A stretch of DNA of 60,664 nt, counting the filler. It is 4 parts of 4 records of this genome, joined end to end, with 100 filler letters (N's around TTAATTAATTAA, not from the genome) between each part and the next. Parts side by side here need not be neighbours in the genome. Positions count along the whole stretch, not along the records: positions 28,781 to 54,858 come from SRR20825019_1056; positions 54,959 to 60,664 come from SRR20825019_1066; 2 more parts are not named here. One strand, given 5' to 3'. The position numbers and the translations under genes are program-made. Below the pieces are notes generated by a model. It had not been told where the DNA came from, ran no database searches, and worked only from the letters and a program-made list of their open reading frames with translations. Positions 51,927 to 60,664 of this stretch are shown in pieces (the stretch's first letter is position 1; each line of letters starts with the position of its first letter).

Positions 51927-52949
51927 GTGACCGGCATGGTCGAGGGCATGAGCGGTACGGTTCAAGCGGACAGGTCGCGCTGGCCGGTCTTTGCCGCACT
52001 CGTGCTCGGCCTGGGCGTCGCCGTGCTGGCCAGCCTGACCCTGGGCTACAAGCTCTATGGCCTGGACGAAGTTTGGGCGGCACTGTTTGCTCATGATGGT
52101 TCGGAAACGGCCACCGTGATTGCCGGATTGCGCCTGCCGCGTGCCTTGATCGCGCCGCTGGCCGGCGCAGCATTGGGTATGGCGGGGGTGATGGTGCAGA
52201 CCCTCGCGCGCAATCGGATTGCCTCGCCAGATACGCTTGGCCTCAATGCCGGTGCCTCGATGGCCGTCGTTTTGGCGACGGTTGTGTTCGGTGTCGGATC
52301 TTTGGTCGGTCTGTCGCTGGCGGCCGCATTCGGCGCTCTTTTGACCAGCATCATCGTCTTTGGCGTGGCGGCCGGGGCAGGTGGCCTGTCGCCACTCAAG
52401 ATCGTTCTTGTCGGCGTGACCTTCGCGGGCCTTGCCCATGCCGTGGTTGAAATCGTGCTCACCAGCAATGAAGCGCAATTGCAGCAATTGCTGTTCTGGC
52501 TTTCCGGCGCCTTTGTCGACCGGCCGATCAGCCTGTTCTTCAATGGCCTGCCAGTTGTGCTGGTCGGGGCGGCGCTGGCCTTCGCGCTCACATCGGCCCT
52601 GGATGCATTGCAGGCAGACGATTCGACCGCGGCCAGTCTTGGTGTGCCCCTGGTGGCGGTGCGGGGGCTGACCTTTGTCGCGGTTTCGCTGCTGACAGGC
52701 GCGGCTGTGTCCATGGCCGGACCGGTGGCCTTCGTGGGCCTGGTCGTACCGCATGCGGCACGGGGGTTGATGGGCCTGCGCCATCGGCATCAGCTCGCGG
52801 CGGCCGCTTTGGTCGGCGCGATCTATACCACGTTGGCCGATGTCGCGGCCCGTTTCGTGATCTATCCCGTCGAGGCCCCGGTGGGCGCCATTACGGCGGT
52901 GGTGGGGGCCGCGACCTTGGTGCTGTTGCTGATGCGGAGGCTTGCATGA
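51927..52949 (+). CDS. FecCD-family iron-chelate ABC permease
   Basis: LRLPR, RNRIASPDTLG, GPVAFVGLVVPH; start may be 51948. Confidence 0.92.
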   Translation: MTGMVEGMSGTVQADRSRWPVFAALVLGLGVAVLASLTLGYKLYGLDEVWAALFAHDGSETATVIAGLRLPRALIAPLAGAALGMAGVMVQTLARNRIASPDTLGLNAGASMAVVLATVVFGVGSLVGLSLAAAFGALLTSIIVFGVAAGAGGLSPLKIVLVGVTFAGLAHAVVEIVLTSNEAQLQQLLFWLSGAFVDRPISLFFNGLPVVLVGAALAFALTSALDALQADDSTAASLGVPLVAVRGLTFVAVSLLTGAAVSMAGPVAFVGLVVPHAARGLMGLRHRHQLAAAALVGAIYTTLADVAARFVIYPVEAPVGAITAVVGAATLVLLLMRRLA

Positions 52950-53989
52950 GTGAGGTTGCGACTGTGCGCCGCCGGACGATGCCAGGCCCGGTGACGATTG
53001 CCGTGCTGGCTGTGCTGGCCATTTTTGTCCTGCTGTTTCTTGCCGGCGTCGGTTTCGGTTCGACCTGGATTCCGTTCGATACCGTCACCAGCGTTTTGCT
53101 GGGTGGGGGCGAACGGACCGACAGGCTGGTCGTGTTGCAATTGCGTCTGCCGCGCGTGCTGGCGGCGGCGATTGCCGGGGGCGCCATTGCCTATGCCGGT
53201 TATCTCCTGCAGCGCATCACCCGCAACGAGCTCGCTTCGCCCGGTGTGCTGGGCGTGGTCGATGGTGCAGCGCTGGGCGTGGTGCTGTTTCTTGCCATCT
53301 TTTCCAACGAATCCAATGCGCTCACAGTGCCGGTGGCCTGGCAGCCCCTGGCGGCGGCGATCGGAGCGATGACCGCGATTGGCCTTGTTTTCCTGCTCTC
53401 GGGGCGGCAGGCCTCATCGGCTATCCGGCTGATCCTGTTCGGCATTGCCATTGCGGCGGTTGCAAAGGCGCTGACCACGATTTTCATGCTTATCGGGCCG
53501 ATCTACCAGGCGGCGCAGGCCGCGCGCTGGCTGGCCGGGGCGGTCAACACTATCAATTGGGGCGAAGTCCAGATCATGCTCATGGTGCTCGTGCCGGTGG
53601 GGATTATCGCCGGCATAGCGGCGCGCAATCTGCCGCCGGCCGATCTGGACGACATTTCCTCGCGCAGCATCGGGCTCAACCTGCCGGTCTATCGCATCAT
53701 CATGTTCCTGCTGGCGGCCTTGCTGACGGCGGGCGCCGTCGCCTTTGCAGGCGGGGTCGGGTTTGTCGGGTTGATCGCGCCGCACATGGCTCGTCTGCTG
53801 GTCGGGCGCGGGCGGGTGGCCGGCATCGTCATGTCGATCCTGCTTGGGGCGATCATTCTGGTCGGCGCGGATTTGCTGATACGGGTGGCCTTCGCGCCCC
53901 TGGAGGTGCCTGCCGGCACGGTGACTGCCATTATCGGGGCGCCATATTTCCTCTATCTGCTCATGCGTAAGGACAACACCAATGGATGA
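52946..53989 (+). CDS. FecCD-family iron-chelate ABC permease
   Basis: LRLPR, RNELASPGVLG, GFVGLIAPH. Confidence 0.92.
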   Translation: MSEVATVRRRTMPGPVTIAVLAVLAIFVLLFLAGVGFGSTWIPFDTVTSVLLGGGERTDRLVVLQLRLPRVLAAAIAGGAIAYAGYLLQRITRNELASPGVLGVVDGAALGVVLFLAIFSNESNALTVPVAWQPLAAAIGAMTAIGLVFLLSGRQASSAIRLILFGIAIAAVAKALTTIFMLIGPIYQAAQAARWLAGAVNTINWGEVQIMLMVLVPVGIIAGIAARNLPPADLDDISSRSIGLNLPVYRIIMFLLAALLTAGAVAFAGGVGFVGLIAPHMARLLVGRGRVAGIVMSILLGAIILVGADLLIRVAFAPLEVPAGTVTAIIGAPYFLYLLMRKDNTNG

Positions 53990-54779
53990 CCAGCTGTCCA
54001 ATCGGATTGAGGTCAAGGCCCTGAGCCTGAGCTATGGATCCGAAGTCGTGCTCGATGCGCTCAACCTGCCGATCCCCAACGGCCAGATCACGGTGCTGGC
54101 CGGTCCCAATGGTTGCGGCAAGTCCACGCTGTTACGCGCCATTCGCCGCCTGCATGCGCCGCAATCGGGGCAGGTCCTGCTCGACGCGGAGGATATTTCG
54201 AAACTCAATGGCAAAGCGCTGGGCCGCCGCATCGGCCTTTTGGCGCAAAGCCCCAGCGCCCCGCAGGACATGACGGTGGAAGAGCTGGTGCGGCTTGGCC
54301 GCTACCCGCACCAGGCCATGATGCAGCCCTGGGGCGCCAAAGACGATGCGGCGGTCGTCGCGGCCATGTCGGGCACGGGGGTCGAGGAGATGCGGCATCG
54401 GCGCATCGGCTCCCTTTCGGGCGGGCAATTGCAGCGCGCCTGGATTGCCATGGTGCTGGCGCAGGAGACCGATGTGATCTGTCTCGATGAGCCGGTCAAT
54501 CACCTCGACATGGCCCACCAGCTCGATTGCCTTGAACTGGTGACCCGGCTCAACAAGGAGCAGGGCCGCACGATCGTCCTGGTGCTGCACGACCTGAACC
54601 TGGCCGCCCGCTACGCCGATCAACTGGTGTTCGTTGCCAATGGCAAGGTGCGGGAGCGCGGGGCGCCCGAGACAATGATGCGTTCGGACCTGATCGAGGA
54701 GGTTTTCAATGTCACCGCCGAGATCATCATCGACCCGGTGCACAAACGCCCGATCTGCATTCCGCACCGGCGCGGCTAG
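53982..54779 (+). CDS. FhuC/FecE-like ABC ATP-binding protein
   Basis: GPNGCGKST, LSGGQLQR, LDEPVNHLD. Confidence 0.93.
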   Translation: MDDQLSNRIEVKALSLSYGSEVVLDALNLPIPNGQITVLAGPNGCGKSTLLRAIRRLHAPQSGQVLLDAEDISKLNGKALGRRIGLLAQSPSAPQDMTVEELVRLGRYPHQAMMQPWGAKDDAAVVAAMSGTGVEEMRHRRIGSLSGGQLQRAWIAMVLAQETDVICLDEPVNHLDMAHQLDCLELVTRLNKEQGRTIVLVLHDLNLAARYADQLVFVANGKVRERGAPETMMRSDLIEEVFNVTAEIIIDPVHKRPICIPHRRG

Positions 54780-54858
54780 TGCATTTCACCGTTTCGCTGA
54801 AACGCTGAAGCTACCCCGGGTCTTCGTCTTGTCGCGTTTCCGAACCGCAAAACCGTTG
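54776..54858. repeat. Probable Rhizobiales intergenic palindromic repeat (RIME/MITE-like), truncated
   Basis: CTAGTGCATTTC...TTGTCGCGTTTCCGAACCGCAAAACCG resembles recalled rhizobial mosaic elements; the contig ends inside it. Confidence 0.5.
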
Positions 54859-54958
54859 NNNNNNNNNNNNNNNNNNNNNNNNNNNNNNNNNNNNNNNNNN
54901 NNTTAATTAATTAANNNNNNNNNNNNNNNNNNNNNNNNNNNNNNNNNNNNNNNNNNNN
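54859..54958. other. Artificial contig spacer
   Basis: N44-TTAATTAATTAA-N44. Confidence 0.98.
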
Positions 54959-55080
54959 CCCCCCCCCCCCCCCCCCCCCCACCCCTATCTCTCTCTGTGT
55001 TTTCATTTTCATTTTTTTTTATTATTACTTTTCGTTTTTGCTTTTGTTTTCGCTTTTGCCTTTTCTTGCCTTCTTTTTTG
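54959..55080. repeat. C homopolymer (22 nt) followed by T-rich low-complexity tract
   Basis: Direct read. Confidence 0.85.
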
Positions 55081-55236
55081 ATTCATTTGGTGGGTTCAGA
55101 TTTCGATACAATCCTCATTCCCTTTTTTTCTAAGAAGCGCTTCTTTGTTATTGTGACAATTGGTTCTTATTCAACTTCCCGTGGTACTGCAATATTTAGA
55201 CCCACTTTTCAGTTTAAGACTTTTCTGAATTTATTA

Positions 55237-56122
55237 CTACCGGCAAACGCTCATCATGACCTTCTCCTTGGTTCGATAAACAAACGAAAGCCCTCCCACA
55301 CGCTTCTCACACGATACTGCACCCCGGCTTAGTGTCGCACCCCATGACGGCACAGCCCAGCAACTCACCTAGGAAAATACACATAAACGAGCACACAGTG
55401 CACGGTGCTGCAATTGCAAGCCCAATCACCACGCGCTCCCATTCCCTGAACTTGGCCGTGCTGTAGAGGTTCTTGACTGACTGGAGGACGGCGCTTGAAG
55501 AGTCTGTGGGCGAGTAATAGCACGTCACCGCGTCCACCTTGCCGATCTCCAGCCCCTCGCACAGGTCCTTCACGTCATAGTACATGCTGTTCACCAACCA
55601 GAAGTCCGCGTCTGCGGAGAATGTGTCTCCATCTTGGTCCTTGTATGACACCTGCGGGCCTAACGTCAGCACTGGGACCCAACACCGCACAAAGTTGCTG
55701 CCCACCACTGCCGAGCACTTGTACTTGGAGCATCCATCGCCACAGTTTTCCGTCTTAAAGTTTGCGGACGTAACCGTGCATGAGCTGGCCTGGTCTGCGC
55801 GGGCGTCAGCATCAACGCGAGCCTACATCAGCACGGCTTGCTTACGATAGTTGGAATAGTTTGGGTAGTCTGTTGGCACCTCGCCCAGAAGTGAGTAACC
55901 GCATATTCCCGCAAGGGTGAAAGCCACTGACAGAAAGGATCAGCCCTGCGCTATTAACGCAAACTAAAGACTTACTGCAGAAGAATAGACCACCAAATAC
56001 CCAGGAGAAGATGGTATACTGCGCAGGGGGGGTTAGCCAGGTCTGACAGGGTGAGACGGCGGGGTCAGTCGTACTCTCGCGACAAACTTCAACTCCTTGA
56101 AGTCTTGCTGCTTCCCGTGCAT
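55237..56122 (-). CDS. Two-TM membrane protein with Cys-rich loop, multi-exon (eukaryotic)
   Basis: Spliced: TM1 (IFSWVFGGLFFCMAFTLAGICGYSLL), SCTVTSA...CGDGCSKYKCSAVVSY...VTCYYSPTDSSSAVLQ, TM2 (VVIGLAIAAPCTVCSFMCIFL). Last exon uncertain. Confidence 0.62.
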
Positions 56123-56249
56123 GCTACCCGTCCGACCCGCCTGTTTTCTGCGGTCGTTATTTATTGAGAATGAGCTTGGCATGTATTTGATGCTTGTGAC
56201 TTGCATGGTGCTGCCGTGAAAAGAAAATAAGAAGCAAGGAGCGCGCGCT

Positions 56250-57240
56250 GAAGCCGGGGCCCGGGAGCCCCGAGCGGACGCCGCCAGGTCCCCGGCCGGA
56301 CTTGCGCGCGCACCCACCAGAGTGGCCGCCGGGCCGGCGAGCGGACACCCCCCCGGCCGGCGGAGCCACGGAACCAGGGCGGCCGGCCCGGCGCCCGCCG
56401 GCCGCCAGCGGCGGGGCGGCCGCGGCCAACCGTGGCCCGCGCCGGGCCCGACCGGACGGCGCAGGCCCGCTGCGCAGTGCGCCGGTAGCAGGCGGGCTGG
56501 GCGCCCGCGGGCTGTTGTATGAGTCACGGCCCGCCCCCGCCGCCCGGACCGGACCCCGCGCCGCGCCACCCGCGACGCCGTCGGCCTCCGCGTCCGGGCC
56601 GCGGTACAAGATGACTGATGTTCATTATCACTGTTTGGAGTCGCACTTAGGCTTCGGGATTGGTGTGTACGACCGTTAGCGATCGAGTGAGTTGACCCGG
56701 TCCGGCGGGCGGCCCGCACTTCACTCGGGCCGTCGCGGCCGGCGATCGTCCCGCGCCGCCGGAGGTCACCGGGCGGGGCCCGGCCGGGCTCCGTCCCCGC
56801 CGCCGGCCGGCCCGCCGCCCGGCCCCGGCCGGCAGCCGCCCCCGGCGGGCCCCCGCCGCCCCAAAGTTTGGCGGCGGGCCGGCGCGCGGGCGCACTCGGC
56901 AGGAGAGCGCGAGTGCCCGCGGGAGCCGGTCACGTGCCAGCGGAGCGACTCGACGGTTCCGGCCTGCGCTGCGCGGGACCGTGACACACCCTCCTGGGGA
57001 GTTGGCTCAACTGACAACGCGCGCGCACCGGGGCCCGGGGATGACCGCCGCCCGCCGGCACGGTCCCCCCGCCGGGGCGCGACGGGACCCAGACACGGCG
57101 CCCAGCGCCGCGGCCAAACACCCCGCTCAACCACAGGGTCTAGCTGAGGCAGGCCGGGCTGTGCGGGCTGGGGGTGAGGTGCCGGGGCTGGCACCGGCTC
57201 CGCCGGCAGTCGGGACTCGACCCGGAGACAAGAGCCCGGG
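56250..57240. promoter_or_regulatory. GC-rich intergenic island between divergent genes
   Basis: Extreme GC tract with a short AT-richer core (about 56605-56695); CATATAT at 57281 downstream. Confidence 0.55.
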
Positions 57241-57362
57241 AGTGTCGGAAAGACAGATTTTCTTGTGGCACGTACTTGTACATATATCGAGTCCCCGAAC
57301 ATGAGAGTTAAGGGACACCACTTGTCAGGCTTGCGCAGACCAAGTGCACAAGGGGAGTGGCT

Positions 57363-58931
57363 GATGTCTTCCAATGGGAGTGGTCCGAACGGTTTTGCTC
57401 CACCCTACAGCGCGCGAAACCGCCGCCGGCAAGTTCAGGCTCCGTCCCAGCCCGAGACCATATCGGGGGGTTGGAACAACTACTATGGCGACCAAAAGTA
57501 ATGGCGTGTCGTTTGTTTTAAACTGCGCGGACTCATGGGTGTTGTGACAGCGTGGTGAAGGGCATTGATGGGGTCAAGGTGATACAGCCCTCCAGCCGGC
57601 CTGTATCGAGCGGCATCACGCCTGAGGGCGGCCCGTACTTCAAGGGTGGGATCAGGGTAAGAGCAACTCGAAGTTGTGTTTGAGGCACCGTGCAGCCCCT
57701 ACAGACCTGTCTCCTTCTGCCATGCTCTATCCATGCCGCGTCATGGGTGGCGATGGATGCATCGGGTGGCCTAGTGATATCCGACCTCCTAGTCGCGAGG
57801 ACGGATTGAATCTTGAAAGAGACAGATCTGCACGGGATGTGCGGTGCCAAAGTGATGTGGGCGCAAGCCGGAATTGACAGGCTAGCTTTAGATGGTGCGG
57901 CCGGTCCAGGAGACGAATCCGCTCAACTTAGAGAAGCCTCGGGTGGAGTCCATACGCACATACAACCACGTATACAATGCCAGCCACGAGAGCGACTTCA
58001 TCTACGATGACCGTGCCACCGGGGAGCCATTGGGGAAAAAACACTTTGAGGGTGTGTGGCCGGGCAGGATTGTCCGTGCATTGGGCTGATGAGTGCACCT
58101 GCGCAGAGATGCGGTCACCGCATGGATCACACTTCGATGGCGCCGCACGCAAGAAAGTGATCGGGGAGAATGGCATGCCCGTGGCGGACCGTCAGGTGCT
58201 GAACGTTTATGAGCACGCTGAGTGCACATCCCCGATGAAGACCGTGCCGGGCGATGCCAGCACCGAGCCCCAGTCCACAGGGAAGAAGAGATGTAAGTCT
58301 ACCGTGTCCGTGTGGTGGGGCCGAGTGATGACGGTGCGGCAGTCCCCATTCCCGAGCCCCAGATGGACATATTCGCGCCTGACACCAGCTACGACTATTT
58401 GATGGGCAGCACCGAGCGGCGGGACCAGGTGCTATATATGAAGATCCGGCAGGTAGGTGTTACACTCACGAGGCTGAGGAGATATGTTGGCATTCGTGGG
58501 TAGCTTGGGACTAATTCTGATCTGCAGGGAATGGCCGCGATCAGGGCCAGGGGCGACATTCCTGAGGTGGGACAGTATCTTGTGGCCATACTGAAGACCT
58601 TCGACTCGTCTCGTCTGAGCAGGCGCCCCAACAGCGGCGAGGAATCACTTACAAAGGAGGTACCACACCGCTTCCCTGCCCGAGCATGGGACCGCACCTG
58701 ACAGTCGCATTGCAGAACCTGACCCACGCGTGCAAGCGCTTTGGGTTCGAACTCACGGCCGTGGAGGCCGAGCGGTTCTTCTTCCATGTGCGGGAGAGGT
58801 ACAAGCAGGCAGCAGCGGGGGCGGGGATGGTGGGTGCGTCGAACTTGGACACCCTATCAGACAGCGTGCCCGTGAATATGATTGCGTCGGCACTGTACGC
58901 TTGGGGCATGGAGGGGGCGCCGCGAGTATAG
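57363..58931 (+). CDS. Hypothetical multi-exon protein, possible degenerate C-terminal EF-hand-like region
   Basis: About seven ~50-nt GT-AG introns join the ORF fragments in frame; C-term LKTFDSS...SLTKENLTHACKRFGFELTAVEAERFF; stop TAG near 58931. Confidence 0.6.
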
Positions 58932-59035
58932 AGCGGAACTGGAATGAATCATGGCAATTCTGTATGGCTCTGCTTTGCAAAAATAGCCTGATTTCCTGCG
59001 ATTTACGTGTGCATGAGTGGATGGGAAGGAGAGGC

Positions 59036-60480
59036 CTAAGCCTTCTTCTCAAGTGTGTACAGGTCCGTACGACGCTGGAACGACGTGGGGATATTGGTCC
59101 TCATCTCCGCCACCTTATCCAGGTCTGCATCCGGAGTTAGCCAACCAGCGCGGCCGGACAGAACAATAATTTGTCGCAACGAGCCACCGGCCACCACGAA
59201 ACCAACCCATCAACGTATCACGACAACCACACAGTGTCCCAATAGGCGCGGTCACTCACCAACATCCACAACTGCGCTGTTCGGCTTGTCATCGAATTTG
59301 ACGATGGGCTCGCCCCAGGGATTGACCACAGTGCTGTGGCCCCAGGCCTGGTACGCGGAATCGGGGTTCCGTGCGATAGACACGGCGGCGGTGTACGCCT
59401 GGCAGTCCACGGACCTGCACGCTAGCCATGAGCAACCCGCCGAAAAGCCACCTGCGGGCGCCTGAACTCACCTGGCCCGCGCGAACAGCTCCCAGTGGGC
59501 CGGACCGGTGGTCATGTTGAAGGCGCCAGGGTAGATAAGGAGGTCACAGCCTGGGCCTGCGTCAGACCCTTACCTCACCACCGTGGCCACACATCTCACC
59601 TTCAAGCTGGTACAACTTGGCCATTTCCACGAAGCGGATATCGTAGCATATTCCCACGCCAACCTTACAGAACTCTGCATCACGATTAGCCCGACCCACA
59701 CAACCACCTCCAGCGAGCTACTCACCCGTCTCAAAGGTCGTGAAAGTGTTTCCTGCGGTAAGGGTCTCCGACTCCTTGAAAGTGATTTTCCCCGGCACGT
59801 CGATGTCGAATAAGTGCATCTGGAGCGAAAATTAATGTATGAAATCGGCTTGAGTTGGCAGAGAATTGGGAGTAAGGAAAATATATGAAACATATTTAGG
59901 AAACACGAAAACTAGCAAGATCATGAAGTAGATGGCGCATTTCAGTGCTGTCATCTCACCTTACGATGCTTAGCAATAACCTCACCACTGGGGCTGAAGG
60001 TCAGGGATGTATTGTAAATCTTGTCATCGTCAATCTCTGGAATGGAGCCTGCACACCGGGTTAGCCTCACGGAGCAATGCAATTGTCACGTCATAGATTC
60101 ATTTGTACAGGCAACACTGTCGATACACACCTCCCACAAGGTATATTCCGTGTTTCTTCGCTGCCTCGGCCATGAAGGTGACGGAGGGAGAGTTCGGAAG
60201 GGCACCAACAGCGCCCACCGCGGGCAGAACCTCCGAGTACTCCCTGAACGAGCCCACGGCGTATGGCGAATTCCAGCACTCCTTCAGCCGAAGACGTCAG
60301 GACGCTATATGACCGCCGCCCCCAACAGGGCGGAGCCCAAATACCCACCGGGAGGACGACCATGCGGGCGCCCTGCGTGGCCACACTCTCAATAGCGCCT
60401 GCTGCCTCGGCGATGTTCTTGGCCTTGTCGGCCCCTCCCAACAACTGGCAAATTCCAAGCTTGAAAACACGGCCGGCCAT
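59036..60480 (-). CDS. NIT2: Omega-amidase / nitrilase-family protein, multi-exon
   Basis: Catalytic triad [71 protein letters not shown]. Confidence 0.92.
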
Positions 60481-60641
60481 CCTAACACACACACCCGGAG
60501 AGCTCAGCTGCAAAACGCTATACTTAAGTCGTGGCAGCCGTATCGCTCTTCGCCCTCGGGGGGGCGATTGGAACGTTGACTGAGGAGCCCACCGCGTCCA
60601 CACCGAACGGCGTTCCGCGCAGCCCGGGCCGGCTCGCGCCG

Positions 60642-60664
60642 CCCCCCCCCCCCCCCCCCCCCCC
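60642..60664 (+). repeat. C homopolymer (at least 23 nt) at window end
   Basis: Direct read; upstream of NIT2 within GC-rich sequence. Confidence 0.9.

Noticed and set aside
29159-54767. Long antisense ORFs (e.g. 29159-30592, 30544-32067, 50070-51449)
   Set aside because: Shadow frames of high-GC genes with clear family motifs on the opposite strand.
20023-54858. Giant bacterial horizontal transfer into the eukaryote
   Set aside because: All boundaries are artificial spacers; genes keep bacterial RBSs, operons and promoters and have no introns.
54959-54980. Telomere
   Set aside because: Pure homopolymer, not a tandem telomeric unit.

Overview
The window is an artificial concatenation of four contigs joined by 100-bp N/TTAATTAATTAA/N spacers (19923-20022, 28681-28780, 54859-54958), so adjacency across spacers means nothing. 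(A) 1-19922 and (D) 54959-60664 come from a compact-genome, probably flagellated eukaryote with many ~45-65 nt spliceosomal introns and very GC-rich intergenic islands. Its genes are AK7, an RlmM/FtsJ-like methyltransferase, a PWI-MORN-RVxF protein, a TPR/CC1-box coiled-coil protein, Nudix-like, F-box, scramblase, two membrane proteins, an unknown protein and NIT2. (B) 20023-28680 is alphaproteobacterial (Thalassospira-like, inferred). It carries an MCP, trmJ and a complete guanidine-utilisation operon: sigma54 promoter, guanidine-I riboswitch, ABC importer, GdmH-type Ni guanidine hydrolase, and an orphan His-rich protein in place of hypA/hypB. (C) 28781-54858 is a higher-GC Rhizobiales contig (Devosia-like, inferred). 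It carries a ROK/M20/YhfX sugar-ABC cluster, a Puu-type polyamine cluster and a 13.7-kb iron-siderophore uptake island with seven binding proteins and a sucrase-ferredoxin with an HxGGC variant motif. Best candidates for undescribed systems: the HypAB-less guanidine hydrolase operon and the siderophore-binding array with the variant ferredoxin. All gene models were spliced and translated by eye; family assignments are from recalled motifs, not database searches.
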